Shown one piece after another: positions 45,411 through 58,375 of a DNA stretch of 64,000 nucleotides (position 1 is the stretch's first letter; each line of letters begins with the position of its first letter). A program made the translations under genes and the position numbers. Source of the stretch: Tubiluchus corallicola (taxonomy: Eukaryota > Animalia > Priapulida); the NCBI GenBank assembly GCA_030141605.1, contig JAQGDQ010002370.1, positions 89,167 to 153,166 on the forward strand, written 5' to 3'. The notes under the pieces are model-generated. The model had not been told where the DNA came from, searched no databases, and was given only the letters and a program-made list of their open reading frames with translations.

Positions 45411-46082
45411 TCACTCTCTCCTGAGATTATTTAATCTGGCTTGTAGATCATCATCTGCATCAGGAGTTCCTCCGGCTGCCACAGGCTGTTGTGCTCCTGG
45501 CAGTGTTGATGCTTTCAGTGATCCAGCTGCCTGTGGGAGTGAGGAAAGTTCATCTGTCATTTGCAGACCAAGTTCATCCAATACTTGTGCAACAACAGCG
45601 TCACTTTCTTCTTCATCTTCCTCATCGCCCATTGCATCATCGATTACATCAGCCATCATCTCCTCTTTCATATCCATAATTTCAGACTGCTTTTCAAATT
45701 CCATCATAATCTTTTGAATTTGAGGCAGCTTCATTTGCTTGTTCATATTTGTCATTGCTTTTGTAACACCTTTCATAGCTTGAGCCATGGAATTTGTCGA
45801 TTTCAATGTTTGAATTTTGAGTGACACAGCCTGAATATTTGCTCTCATCAACATAAATTTTTTACAATAACGACGAGTTCGAACCAGGTCCTTTGCCATT
45901 ATTTTAACTGCATCCATTTGTCCTTGCTTAGCCATTTTCTTTATATCAGCTATAATCTTCTTTTCTGATTGTTCCATTTTTGTACGCTCACGGTCTAATT
46001 CTCTCATGGCTTTATTGAGGGCACGCTGGTTTTGCCTCAGCATTTCTTCTGGTGTTTTCCTTCGACCAAATAACCAATCCAT
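45411..46082 (-). CDS. CHMP2A: Charged multivesicular body protein 2A (Vps2, ESCRT-III), copy 2 (Ala21), intronless CDS
   Basis: Identical to copy 1 except QRALNK vs QRTLNK. Confidence 0.95.
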   Translation of the reverse strand: MDWLFGRRKTPEEMLRQNQRALNKAMRELDRERTKMEQSEKKIIADIKKMAKQGQMDAVKIMAKDLVRTRRYCKKFMLMRANIQAVSLKIQTLKSTNSMAQAMKGVTKAMTNMNKQMKLPQIQKIMMEFEKQSEIMDMKEEMMADVIDDAMGDEEDEEESDAVVAQVLDELGLQMTDELSSLPQAAGSLKASTLPGAQQPVAAGGTPDADDDLQARLNNLRRE

Positions 46083-49000
46083 TTTGACAGTGGTAGAAAA
46101 CTTTTACTTGCAAATGTATCTGTAAATATAAAACTATTGGTTACAAACATTCCTACTCAAATGCAAAAGCATGTAAATCAGTTTTCTAAAAGATTATTCT
46201 GCACAACTGATAAAAGTTAAGTATTTAATACATACAAAAATGTGTATCGGAGTGACAGTAAACTTAATTTATACAACACAATTATATCAGCTTAATGGGC
46301 ATGCATATCGTAAACATCGTTGACTTAAGTCGAATATACTTAACTAAAATAAATTGTTGGACTTGTAATTAGCCTTTATTAGAAGGCTCACTAGATGCCA
46401 CAGTCACTGGTTTTGACTTTTGATCCTTTTCTGGTTATACTTGTGGATGTGCTCCCAAATTGCATGCAGTAATGGGATTAACATAAAGGAAAAAACTCAA
46501 AACAAAAATGTGAACCAACTTAGGAAAAAGAGTTGAATTTAAAACTAATGCCCCTTTAGTATTAATAATTTATACTGCCTTTTGCCGATAAAGAAAATAC
46601 ATTATCGAGCACAGTCTTTTATCAATTAAAGGTCCACTGACCCTGGTAGACTTGCTGTTAAAATCCACTACTGACTAGGAAGATACAAATAGAGTATATT
46701 CCATTTATAACGAGTTTCAAGGGACTGCCGAAATTTGCTCGCTATAACAGAGTCTCGTTATAGCCGAGGCAAATTGTCCGAGTGAGTGGGTGTGCTATAT
46801 AGAAATGAAACCCATAAGGCTGATATGAAACGATGACATAGCACTTTCTTTTGAGACTGGCATAAGTTTTCTAATGAGTGCCACTGTTCAGCAAATATTT
46901 CATCATGAAAGAGTAAACTCTAAACTCTATTATTTCTATTACAGAGGCAGTATTTTATGCAATAAATACCTGCATAAAAGTACTGAGCGAGTTGTTTTTC
47001 TAAACCACAACTGTCATTCATTGCGACATTTGCAGACATTTGAGTGCTTTGTGTGGGTGTTAACGGCGCAAGAGCCTGGATGTCTGCGTGGGCGGAAAGC
47101 ATAGCTGGTTTTTTTATTTAAATAGCTGTACAGGCTTAGTATAACTGATTATGAGCATTTCATCATGGGCTGAAACATTGCCTAATAATTAACTCTGCAC
47201 TCTAGCAAGCTGGTTTTTTTTTTATTTAAATAGCTGCACAGGCTTAGTATAACTGATTATGAGCATTTCATCATGGGCTGAAACGTTGTCTAATAATTAA
47301 CTCTACACTCCTTTAATTATAAATAAAAGCACTGTGCTATTTTAAAATGGTATTTTTATTAAAAATTAAACTTTGCAAAGTCTCAGAATTATTTATTTTG
47401 CAAAGCAGAACAGCTTTGGTCGTTGTTGTCTGCATCACATTAAATTTGCAACACTTTATTTAAGGAGCTGTCAAGTTGACTGTTTACTGTCATCTGATAG
47501 CTTCCTAACACGTTGACAAACTTGTTGTTTTTCTGACTCATCCTGCTCGCTTCATTCTACCTGCAGTCTATAGGTTATAATTACAGCAGCGTTTGTACTA
47601 AGCTGTTGACTCACCAGCACATCTGAATGATTGTGCTGTACTTGACAGTTGATACACATAACACAGTGTTTTGGAACTCGCGCTCGTTATATGCAGGGTA
47701 AATACAATCATGGGGCCAGAAAATTCCCTGATAATAAGCAATATTTTGTAATATCAGAGCTTGCTGTAAGCACGGTTTAAATACATTATTTAAGACTAAG
47801 ACTTAGCGGGCTTTGGAATTTCCTTGTAATATTCAGAAGCCTTGTTTTAACAGGCTTGTTTTATAAATGGTATGATAAATTTGTGTTTCGCTAGCATTGA
47901 AACACTTCGAATTTAGTGCCAAGCACACGTCTTGCGAAAAAATAAAAATCGAGGAAAAAAGTGGCGTCCCACTAGGAACCCTCGCTGTACTTATATGTGG
48001 GCAAACTCAAGCAGTAATAGAGAGACTGTGGCACCTGAATGAAAGTATAAACCCTCCTAGAACAATGTGCTTAAGAGTTGCTAGGTTATGCTATAAAGTA
48101 ATGGATTGAGGGACTAAATTAACATCATAGTCACTCTACACTGTGTTACTATAAACTTGTTGTTCCTTGCAATTTAGTAAACTGAAGACTTTGATTCTTA
48201 TAAGTTTATTTGCTATATAAAAAAACTTTTTTAACAGAAAAATCATTACTATATGCACTTCCTGCAGCTGTATGCATACGATAGAAACTGCAAGCAGAAA
48301 GCAGAGAAAAGCATCAGTAGTGTGTGACGTAGTCTTAGGAAAAATACTTGCTAGCATCGATGAATCTTACATTTTGACAGGAAATCCAAAAATGATGTAG
48401 TTTGGTTCATTTGGTTAAGGTGTTGTGTACTTAAAATTTCACATGAATAGTATTAATACTTATGCTAGACTTAAAAATTAAAGAACTGCTTGACGTCCTA
48501 GGTAACTGTCTAGTTTGTCGAGCAGTAGAGCCGGCCCTGGCAGCAACACACTTTTCTTTTTAAGAAAATGCTAGTCTCTAAGAATTATAGAATCAAAAAT
48601 TAAAAAGTAATTTTGCACTTTTTAGTAACAGAAGGACAAGTAACGGAGAGACGAAGTAATTAACATAATTCGTTAATTACTAACAACAAGCAATGTGTAG
48701 TCACTACTTACTTGCAGTTGAGCAGTGGAAAGAGAAAATACAAAAACATCCTTTTATTAGCACAAAATCAGGATGACAAGGAGAAAATTTAAAGAAATGT
48801 GTGGTGCAATAACTTATTATGACACTCCTTATATAAGTAAGTTATTTATTTCCTAAAAATAATATTACAGACTATTTGGTTACATTTTTACAAAGGACTG
48901 AATGTAGTTCACACAATGATACCAAATAAGTAATCTCGCATACCCTATAAATTTAACCATTAAACAAAATTTATGGCGAATCCGCACATAGTACTTACAC

Positions 49001-49169
49001 TTAACTTTTAATTTAACTTAATTACCATAAACAGCACAAAATCTAGATTAGTCAAACTACGTAATAATTCTAAAACAAGCAAAAATCACAAAAACGATAA
49101 AATAACTGCATCGATTTCAATTTGCTCTCAAGATGACTAACAGTCAGTCATCAGTCACAAAATAAATAC

Positions 49170-50084
49170 TGTTGGGAGCCGTTTGGACCACTGCGCCAAG
49201 TAGACCAATTGGTCTACTTGGGCTAGCCCAAGTAGGACACTAGAGACAGGTCGTGAATTCAGTCGTTAAGTGTACTGACACCGTCCGTTGTGCTTGTTTA
49301 TGTAATAATAATAATTAAAAACGTTAATACACGTTGAATAATTTATTATACATCTAATAAAATAAAAGAATTTTATTCTGAGCTGGTAGAACGGACAATA
49401 TTAAATTTGGTTTCGATATTAATGTTGTTGAAGTGAAAAAACCCCACTTTTTTGCGAATTCAACATTTGTTTAAGGTATATCATTTTTGATTTTGTCTCA
49501 CTTCACAAACAGGTGATCCGTTTCACTACCTCTTGGGCAAATAATTGTTTTCTTATAAATAAACGTTCTAGCGATCTATGTGTCCTACATGGGCTAGCGA
49601 GCCATGTAGGACAGTGCCCTACATGTTACAATACTACTGATAATATTAAAACTAATTATCCTTGCTTTTCTTAAATGTTAAAAATTACTTTTTGGTGTTG
49701 TGAAGGCTTAGCAGCATCTGTCTCATTTTTAAATTTGCAATTATTTCTGTAATAACTGTGTGCAGAATTTCTCTCTTTAAAGCATTAGATACTAGGTTTA
49801 ATGTTATGATATATTAATGGAGTTAATCATAATGATGAAATTATTGTAAGAAATGCATTTGCAAATTGCCAAGGAATATCCATTTCTAAAAGAAATTTTG
49901 TTTTATGCTTTATTATGTCATAACAATACTTATAAACAATGGTAATATAAACTGGAAACAAGTTTTGCCAGAGCAAGTTTCTCGACAAAAATCGCTAGTG
50001 TCCTACTTGGGCTGCCCATGTAGGACACTACTTTTAGCGCATCAAGTGGTCTACTTGGCGCAGTGGTCCAAACGGCTCCCAACA
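49170..50084. mobile_element. MITE with 38-bp perfect TIRs, TG...CA ends and 5-bp TSD (Ginger2-like signature)
   Basis: AATAC|TGTTGGGAGCCGTTTGGACCACTGCGCCAAGTAGACCA ... TGGTCTACTTGGCGCAGTGGTCCAAACGGCTCCCAACA|AATAC; internal palindromes of CCA(A/T)GTAG(G)AC. Confidence 0.9.
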
Positions 50085-50244
50085 AATACAAACTCGGAAG
50101 CTATATGTACAAAGGTACGGTGCTCGCAAAATGGTTAATATTTCTTTTCAATTTGCATTTGTTTCGACGCCTACATATGAGTGCCAGATACTCGGTCTAT
50201 ATGATTTTAATAATTACCTCATACGTAAAAGGTTACTATATAGC

Positions 50245-50680
50245 TTATTTATTTATTTATTTATTTATTTTATTCACACCCAATAGTAAAATACAGTATA
50301 CAATAAAAACAATATATGTAAAACACGTTAGCAAAAAACATACAAATATAATTTACAAGAGTGTGGTAAAGACACAAACAGACGAACTGCCTATTGTGTA
50401 CAAGGATTTTACGCAAGCTAGCTTTATATAAACGACTTTTAAATAACTTAATATTTTGTGCAGTTACGAAGGGCCACCATCAACATATGCAGGCAATGAG
50501 TTCAAAATCGCTACAACTTGATTTGAGAAAAATTAGCCAAATGATACTTTAGCTCTTCGATGCACGAAAAGCTTCACAGAATGATTCTGCCTTGTTCTAT
50601 TGCAAGATAAATTTGGTAAAAAATTTGTCAAAGTCAACATCAACTTCTCTATGAATAATATGATAACATAAAGCTAAATA
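50245..50680 (-). mobile_element. CR1-type LINE 3' relic with (TAAA)n tail
   Basis: Minus-strand fragments LCYHIIHREVDVDFDKFF and RTRQNHSVKL...FFSNQVVAILNSLPAYV match the CR1 ORF2 C-terminus; (TTTA)n at 50245-50274. Confidence 0.75.
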
Positions 50681-51399
50681 CGTAGCATATGTAGGCTTAC
50701 TCGATACGATACTTAGAAATCCTTTAAACAGGACTGAATGACGTTTTTCTAAGGCTAAGCAGTCAGACCCTGCAAAAGAAAAGTTTTAACGTAGGCTTTA
50801 CAGTTCGAAGACGTATTTTTGCAAAGACTAATGTAAAGTAATTATAAATTTTATCATTTTTTTAAAAAAGTTAAAAGTTATAGAGCCTCAAAAAGTATCA
50901 GTAATGTACCATTTTAATAATAATTATAATAGTGTACGTTTGTAACACCTTAGCAGTTAGCACTGTTTGAATACTGCATTTTCGTACAGCAAATTTTAAT
51001 GTAAATTAACTGAACTAACATTAATAATTAAATTTTAAAATTATAAAATTAGCTTTTTCCAAAACAGCAACGATAAGTTAACAACAACAACTAGTTAACA
51101 ATGACAACGACAACAACAGCAACAACAATAATAATATATAGCAGCATAAGCTGGGTACTTGGGAATTTGATCGTGGATCTCAACACGTACATACATGTCA
51201 TACAGGATTAAAGGCTTTAAATTTACCTGTGCTGTCTTACATTAATTGTGAAAAATCACAAAAGATGGTAGTCAGTAAAGCCAGATAAAAGGTGTTGACG
51301 TATTTAATATTAAAAAAGCAAAAATTAAAAATGGCAGCCGTATATAAATAGGCCTGAATACATCAATGGAACAGGAAGTTATAACATGTCTGCGAGAAA

Positions 51400-51900
51400 A
51401 GAAGTAAGAAAGTGGAGCATCATGGCATAATAAAATATGATGATACATGTATTATGAATCGGAGTAGCTCGATCTGATGCTGAATGAACTGAGCCTATAA
51501 AAGTAGGGTGGTTATTGTACGACACAACAACAATGATCCTAGTTTAATTTTCAATATGGAGGTGAATTGATAGAAACAAACAATGAAGAAAGTATAAAAA
51601 TGGCAGAAAGTAGCCCCAAAACGTATGATAAAACAGAAAATATCTACGAGCTACTGAGGAGGAATGATGATCTGGGCAGTATGGCTTTTAAGGCAAATAA
51701 CACATTATAAAGAATTAATGTGGTACCGAAGTGTGCTGTTATCTGATAATAAAAGAAGTGCTGAAAGATGCTATTTTGTATAATATTATGTGATTTAAAC
51801 ATTCCCAGAAGTTGGAGGACAGAAATTAGAGAAGTTATAAGTGTGTATGATTTAGGTATAAATTTTGAAAGAATGCAAAGCTTATTGAAGTCACAATAGA
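51400..51900 (+). pseudogene. Highly decayed APE-type endonuclease relic of a LINE
   Basis: Scattered motif remnants, the best being IILCDLNIP (cf. IIMGDFNxP) at about 51780-51806; many stops. Confidence 0.35.
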
Positions 51901-52965
51901 AAAAAGAAATAAAAAAGGAGGTTAAGTGTGTAAAAGCAAATCAAAGCTGCGAAAAAGTGTGAGAATCACTCTTCCGAGCGATTGTACAAGTCTACAACAG
52001 GTGGCGAAGGTTTTTCTGTCATGGCGGCTCACATGCAGAAATTATTATGTTCCTGCCGTATACTATTTGTTTAAATTTAACCAAGAATTGAACAAACTGA
52101 AGTAAATATCGCGTTTTTTTTAAAGAGATAGGATAGTCAAAGATAATATTTTACTAGGTAAAGCTAGTTAAGCTATACTCACTCAAACAACTATCGGTGG
52201 ATGTACGCAACGCGCGGTGGGATGAGTTATACTTTTGTTCCTTTGCGTGAACGCAGCATCGACCTATTTTTGCTATTAAAGCAGCAGCATATATTCCCCT
52301 GTTGACACACGAATAACTGCTGGTTTATGATAGGAAAATATTTTCTTTATAATTTACCGAACTTTTAACCATTTTCAGGTTTTATTAACCAGAAAAATAT
52401 GTTTACATTATCAGTTCTAAGGATGTCTCCCCATAGTAGCATAGCAGGTATATAGTTATATTATAACAGATGTATCAGGCAGAAAATATGCCTAACAAAA
52501 AATATTTTATTATGCGTATGCAGCAACAAAGAAGAGACATGAGATTATGCAAAGTGCGATTAATTATGCAAACCAAACAAAGTGCCAAACTTGCCAAATA
52601 AAAAATATGTTATCAGTGAAAGGTAATGTCACATTCTTTGGCTTTGACTCCATTGTGCAACAGAAGGCACAATAATTTATCACCATTTTAGCAAAGTATT
52701 GGCACAAAAATACGCAAAAATGTCAAGACCTATCAAGAAAGCATGCAATGATAGCAAGAGGGTACACTCTAGCATGGCGGTGCTAACTTTTGCCGGTAAT
52801 AGTACTGTAGCCTACCTACAGATTACTTAGTGATATTATTATCTATGAGGATAAGCAATAAATTGTCTTTTATTATAATGATAAAGATGTCAAAATTAAC
52901 TTCAGTCGTTAATATAATTTATTAAGTAGTAACTTCATACTGTTTAGGTACTGTCCGACTGTAAT

Positions 52966-53643
52966 CAGGGATGTTACTGAAACTGAAATTACAAACCGAA
53001 ACCAAAATTTATGAAATGCAGGAAACCTATACCAAAAGGAAACTGAACCAAAGTCATTTTTGCAGAGCCAACTACTATGAAAACTGAAAAAAATCTGAAA
53101 TAATTAAAACACTTTGTTTTTGCTTGTTTGCTTATATTTCCTTTGGTACAAGCTTGTTGAAGTAGCTAAACAAAAAATCCTAACCAGAAAAGTAGAACAG
53201 TGTTTATGGCTAAAGATCAAAGATCATGAAGCTTCAAAGAAATTGACAAATGTTATTTTGTAAATATTTTGTTGCCTATATTTTGTAATTATAAAATTAA
53301 ACTTGATTTTATTCAAATTACGCTTTTATATTTTGGCTGATTGTGCCTGGAGACCTGAATATCACAGTTGTCAGCCCTGAGATATGCCATGTTGCTGTAA
53401 AAAGCATCTGTAAATGGTTAAAAAGGTTAAATAAATGATATTCACGCTTTATTTGAACTATTTTAGCCAAAATTTGTCAGTGATTTTTAACATCTAGGAC
53501 AAAAAAAGGTAAGCTGGATAAATACTACTAAAACCCTGAAAAATGCTGCCGAAAATTACCGAAAGTTTCGGCTACAAAACTTAATAATTTTCGACAAAAA
53601 CAAAACTGAACCGAAAGTGCAATTATCAGAGGTAACGTCCCTG
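52966..53643. mobile_element. Non-autonomous hAT element
   Basis: Perfect 8-bp TSD ACTGTAAT (52958-52965 and 53644-53651); TIRs CAGGGATGTTAC / GTAACGTCCCTG; subterminal AC(C/T)GAA repeats. Confidence 0.9.
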
Positions 53644-53897
53644 ACTGTAATTACTTGTTAGTGATATTATTAGTAGGTCTGAGGATGTGGACAGGTTTTT
53701 TTAAATGAATAAAAAGTGAATAAAAGGTAGAATGTAGTCTTAAGATGCTGTTGGGTATGCTTCATCTTCTCTGCTTGGAAGACTCCACATTGGCATCACT
53801 CCTCTATTTGTTAAACATTGCATTTTTTACTCTCATTCTTTGTTCTTTTCGTAGGTGGTTGATAGCTTCTAATGTGCCATTAGGTATTTGCTATTGA

Positions 53898-56800
53898 ATG
53901 GCTGAACATTTCAAAGAAAACAATATTCCTGCCTTTTTTACTGAGTTGAAGGGCCAGGATTTTCCTAGCAGTGCCAGAGTTTTATCAGAAGCTGAGCTGC
54001 TAAAGCTCAGAAGTGATAAAACCATTGTTTCACAATTCAAGCAGAAAAAACTCGAACAGGATGCTAAACGACACTGGGACATTTTTTACAAAAGAAATTC
54101 TACCAAATTTTTCAAAGACAGACACTGGACAACCAGAGAATTCAAAGAATTACTTGGTCCTTCAAAAAAGGTAGGCAGCCTTCGTAAAAGCTGCACTAAG
54201 CCTATAGAGAGTGTTGTCTTGATAGTGTGATGTCTTTCTGGTAACAAGAGATTCATCAAATTTTTGCTAACTTTGTTGGCAGAAGTCTTGGTTCTTAATA
54301 GTTCATGCACAAACTCATTAGTGTTATAATAAGTATTGTATGTTGCAACATCTTGGTGTAGTTTTTTTTATATAGATAATGTCATTAACATTATTTTTTG
54401 GTCAGGTTTGTAATTAGAGATAAAGGTATAAACAAAATGTGACTTCCTTTAACACAGAGTTTAACCTTATATCTGAAGTTTTAACGTTAAGTACAGTAAG
54501 ATAGTCTTTTAAATCATAGTTGTTTTTAAGTTATGATCTAAAATACATGCTTAATTTTGTGTTTAATTACTTATAATAATCTTCTAAAAGTCCAAAGTAC
54601 TTTTTATATTTAAATATTAGTTTAAAGATTTAATTAGCAGTTGTGCCAATAATGAAGACATTGCAATTTGGTATAATTTTCCGGAGTCGCAAATCTTTTA
54701 TGTGCTTTTCGCTGAAATTTATGAAAGGGAAGACTGCAATATGACATTGCTGCATCGCATTGATAGTAAAACATAAAAACTTGGCAAATTTTGAATTTAC
54801 AATATCAAATTTTAAATTTTTTGTTTGGCTAACATTCACTTTTAACTAGGCTTTCTAGAACTTCGAACTTTGATTTTATAGTTATCTGGGTGTCTGTCAA
54901 TCTTACCTCACGAATCTGAAAAACAGGCATTATTAACGTACAAATTGCTGCAATCATGTCAGTTGGTGTGATATTGAAAAACTAACAAAATTAGGCTTGT
55001 GATGTAATAATTTTTAATGTATTGTAAAGTGTTGTTAAAGCAATATTTGCGCTTGAGATATCTTAGGTCATAAGTGACAGTGAGTTGTGATCCATTTGAT
55101 GTCGTCAATTTTTTATTAGAAAAATAGCTTTTGCTTATAGTTTACTGGAAACAAGATAAATGTAATCTCAGAAAAACATCTGTACAGTAACTAGAAGTGG
55201 TGTTATTTCTTTTTAGGTAGTAATGAATAGTGATCTATTTACTGTTTAGCAGATCATTTTAGATACTAGACAGTAGACACATACATCTATCAGTTTAATT
55301 TTACTAAACAAACAACTTTGTGTGCTAAGTGTGCTAATAATAACAGATCTTTTTGTACATTATTTTCAGGACAATTCTTCTAGGAATTCACTTTTAGAAG
55401 TTGGCTGTGGAGTTGGCAACTTGATATTTCCACTTCTTCAAGATGGGCTAGATTTATTCATCTATGCCTGTGATCTTTCTCCACGAGCTGTTAAATTTGT
55501 CAAGGTAGGTAAAGTACTTGTAATGGTGGTCTATGATTGCTGATTTGAGGATGAAATTGCTAAAGTAGGGATTTATTGTCTAAGTTTCACAATGTCTTAC
55601 ATGAAGGCATCACATCAATACTCAGTAGCCGCTAGACTTATATGGACCTTATTCTTAGCGGTGCCACTCTGGGTGTTATATGAGCTAGAGATCTTGGATG
55701 TTGAGGAAAGGAATCTTAACATTATGTAGATTACTGCAGTATGTTAAAATTACATATCAATTCTTTAAGTAGGCCTATATGTAGCTCATAGATTCTGTTG
55801 ATAAATGAATTATTTTGAGGCATAAAACAAAAGTATTTATAAGAGAGTTAAAGGTTTTGTGTTATTGTATGCTAATGCATGTATAGTTATATAATATGTA
55901 TGTGCATATAATGAGTAATCTTGTAATTAATATCATTTGAAAACTGTTTAAGAGTTTTGAAATAACAAAAAACTTTTACCTCTATAAATTGTGCTTAGTT
56001 GCTGATGTCAACTATCTATACATCATTATTTTGCATTTCAGTAAGCATTAGCTTTAATGATGACTAGCTAAAGTTGCTGCTTCTTTTTGCTACGTGTCCC
56101 ATTCTAATTAATCAGTTCTCTAGAAACAGAGGCTACAGTTTGTGTTAGGTATGACACTATTAGTTTGTAAGCTTTAGGATTCAAGTGGCCTCATAAGTTT
56201 ATTGACCTTAAATAGTCTGTCAAAATCCCACCTCAAGCTGCTTTTTTGAAAACCTGACTCAGACAAGTTGTCCATCGGTGGGAGAAAGTTTTACATTCTG
56301 CTAATTAGCCTTTTTTTTAGGAAAATCCTCTGTATAATGAAGCAAAGATTTATGCATTTGAGTGTGATTTGACATCCACTTCACTAACAGAAGAAATTCC
56401 TGCAAACAGCTTAGATATTATCACAATGATATTTGTGCTATCAGCTATTCACCCCAACAAGATGCTTTCTGTCTTGAAAAATTTATTTCAGGTAAGACCC
56501 TTCTTGCAGTTGAACTTATTGTCTCATTTTGAAAGAAAACTCTCGTTTGGAATACAAATTAGATAGAATGGAAATTAGATAGTTCAAAATATTTTTGTGT
56601 TTTAATGGTAAATGCCTAGTATTCTTTTTTAATGTCTATCTATACTGTATTATGTATTATCTATCCTATAACGTAGTCAGGTGCTAGAAATGGGCTCTTA
56701 GTGGTAAGGTCATCCAGTAGATAAAATTTATGTAAGTGCAAAATACCTGGAAATGTAGTAATTGAAATATAAATTTGAAGCATAACCTGTTACACATGCA

Positions 56801-57680
56801 CCATTTTTTCATTGTAATATAGGGGTAGCTGTTTGTAAATGTTATAAAGACATTTTTATGTAGGTTTTAAAGCCAGGTGGCTGCTTGCTTTTTCGTGATT
56901 ATGGTCTGTATGATTATGCTCAATTGAGATTCAGCTCTGGTCACAAACTAGCCGAGAACTTTTATGTTCGTCAAGATGGTACTCGCGTCTACTATTTTTC
57001 TAAGGGTAATGTATGTAAGGCTTTCATTTTTTATAATGAAGTGTAATATTGATTGTTATGATTTTCCATCATGACACGTCCAAATTCGGTAGCTTGGGTA
57101 AGGTGTGATACCAAAACTTTATGAATGTCAAAGTTTTTCTGACAAAATGCAATTTCCATGATATTAATCCGTATAACTGGCATGTTGTGTGGTATCAGAT
57201 TTCTGGATGTTGTTTTTTTATTTCGTAATCTTAAATTTTATTATACGAAGAATTTAGAAATTCACCACATTTGTCATCATAAACTATATTAGCATCTAGT
57301 CACATGTATTTAGACCTCCCATTTTTATACTTGTAACTTAGCACTCTGTCTGCATAGTCCTGCTGAATAAGCTTAATGAAGTAGGATGATTACTTGATCA
57401 CCTCAGATGTGAAACTAATCGTGAATAGTTAAAGGCTGTTATAGCAAAACATTGCAATGGCACCTTTGTTTATTCAAGTTTATGATTCATTGCAGAAGTT
57501 ATTGCGACCCTGTTTACCTCTGTCAACTTCTTAGAGTCTGTGAATGAATATTTGCTCAGAGAAACCATCAACAAAAAAGAGGGTTTAAGAGTACCACGTG
57601 TCTTCATACAAGGGAAGTTTATTAAACCATCATCAGTGCAGTATTCTAATGAAGATGTGTGCGATGAATTGGGAAGTTGA
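53898..57680 (+). CDS. METTL6: tRNA N3-methylcytidine methyltransferase METTL6, 5 coding exons, about 301 aa
   Basis: Exons 53898-54170, 55370-55504, 56321-56491, 56864-57005, 57496-57680 are in frame: [80 protein letters not shown]. Confidence 0.95.
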
Positions 57681-58375
57681 TAAATGTGATTGTTTAGTGA
57701 CATTTAGTAATTAATTTTGTAAGTTTGTTTTTAGTATGATATCAAATGCCTGAACTCTCTGGCTGTGCCAATTGTGTTGACATGTTTCGTCAGCATTCAT
57801 TAATCAGATTACCGTTTGCAATAAGTTTTATTTGTTTGCTACCATACATTTTGTGAATGAATAAAGAAACCCATGGACAAAGAACTATGAGCAACTATAA
57901 ATATTCGCATCAATGAATAAGGGATAGTGAAAAATGATAGGTCAGAACTTTTCAGTAAGTGTTTGTATTTCATTTACTTAATCCAATTATATTCGTACCT
58001 AAAATGTGTCACTTACAGCAGGTAATATTTAAAATTCTGTGTTATAACAATCTTCAAATAAAAATTTAGAACAAAAATTAACAGTAAGTTCATCATCCAT
58101 TAATTTTATTTAACGACTCTTTTAGTCTGCTTGTTTATTCTACTTTACATACCTTTTCAACTATGTTTTAAGACTAAAAATGAGGTTATCGTAACATAAT
58201 TGTCATAACAATCAAAATAACAAAAGTTTCATGTTCCCATCATTGCAGCTACGCTAGCTTAAGTAACACTCGTTTAAATTGCTTCTAACTGAGATTATGT
58301 CAGCATATCACTCACCACTATTCAGTAGTATGTACCTGCTGTCAGCAGTGTTACCTTCTGCATGACATAATGTCC

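Larger units (their letters stand above)
38442..48225. repeat. 4888-bp near-perfect tandem duplication containing CHMP2A (units start at 38442 and 43330)
   Basis: All ORFs recur at +4888; T(A)7-8 microhomology at 38442, 43330 and 48218. Confidence 0.97.
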
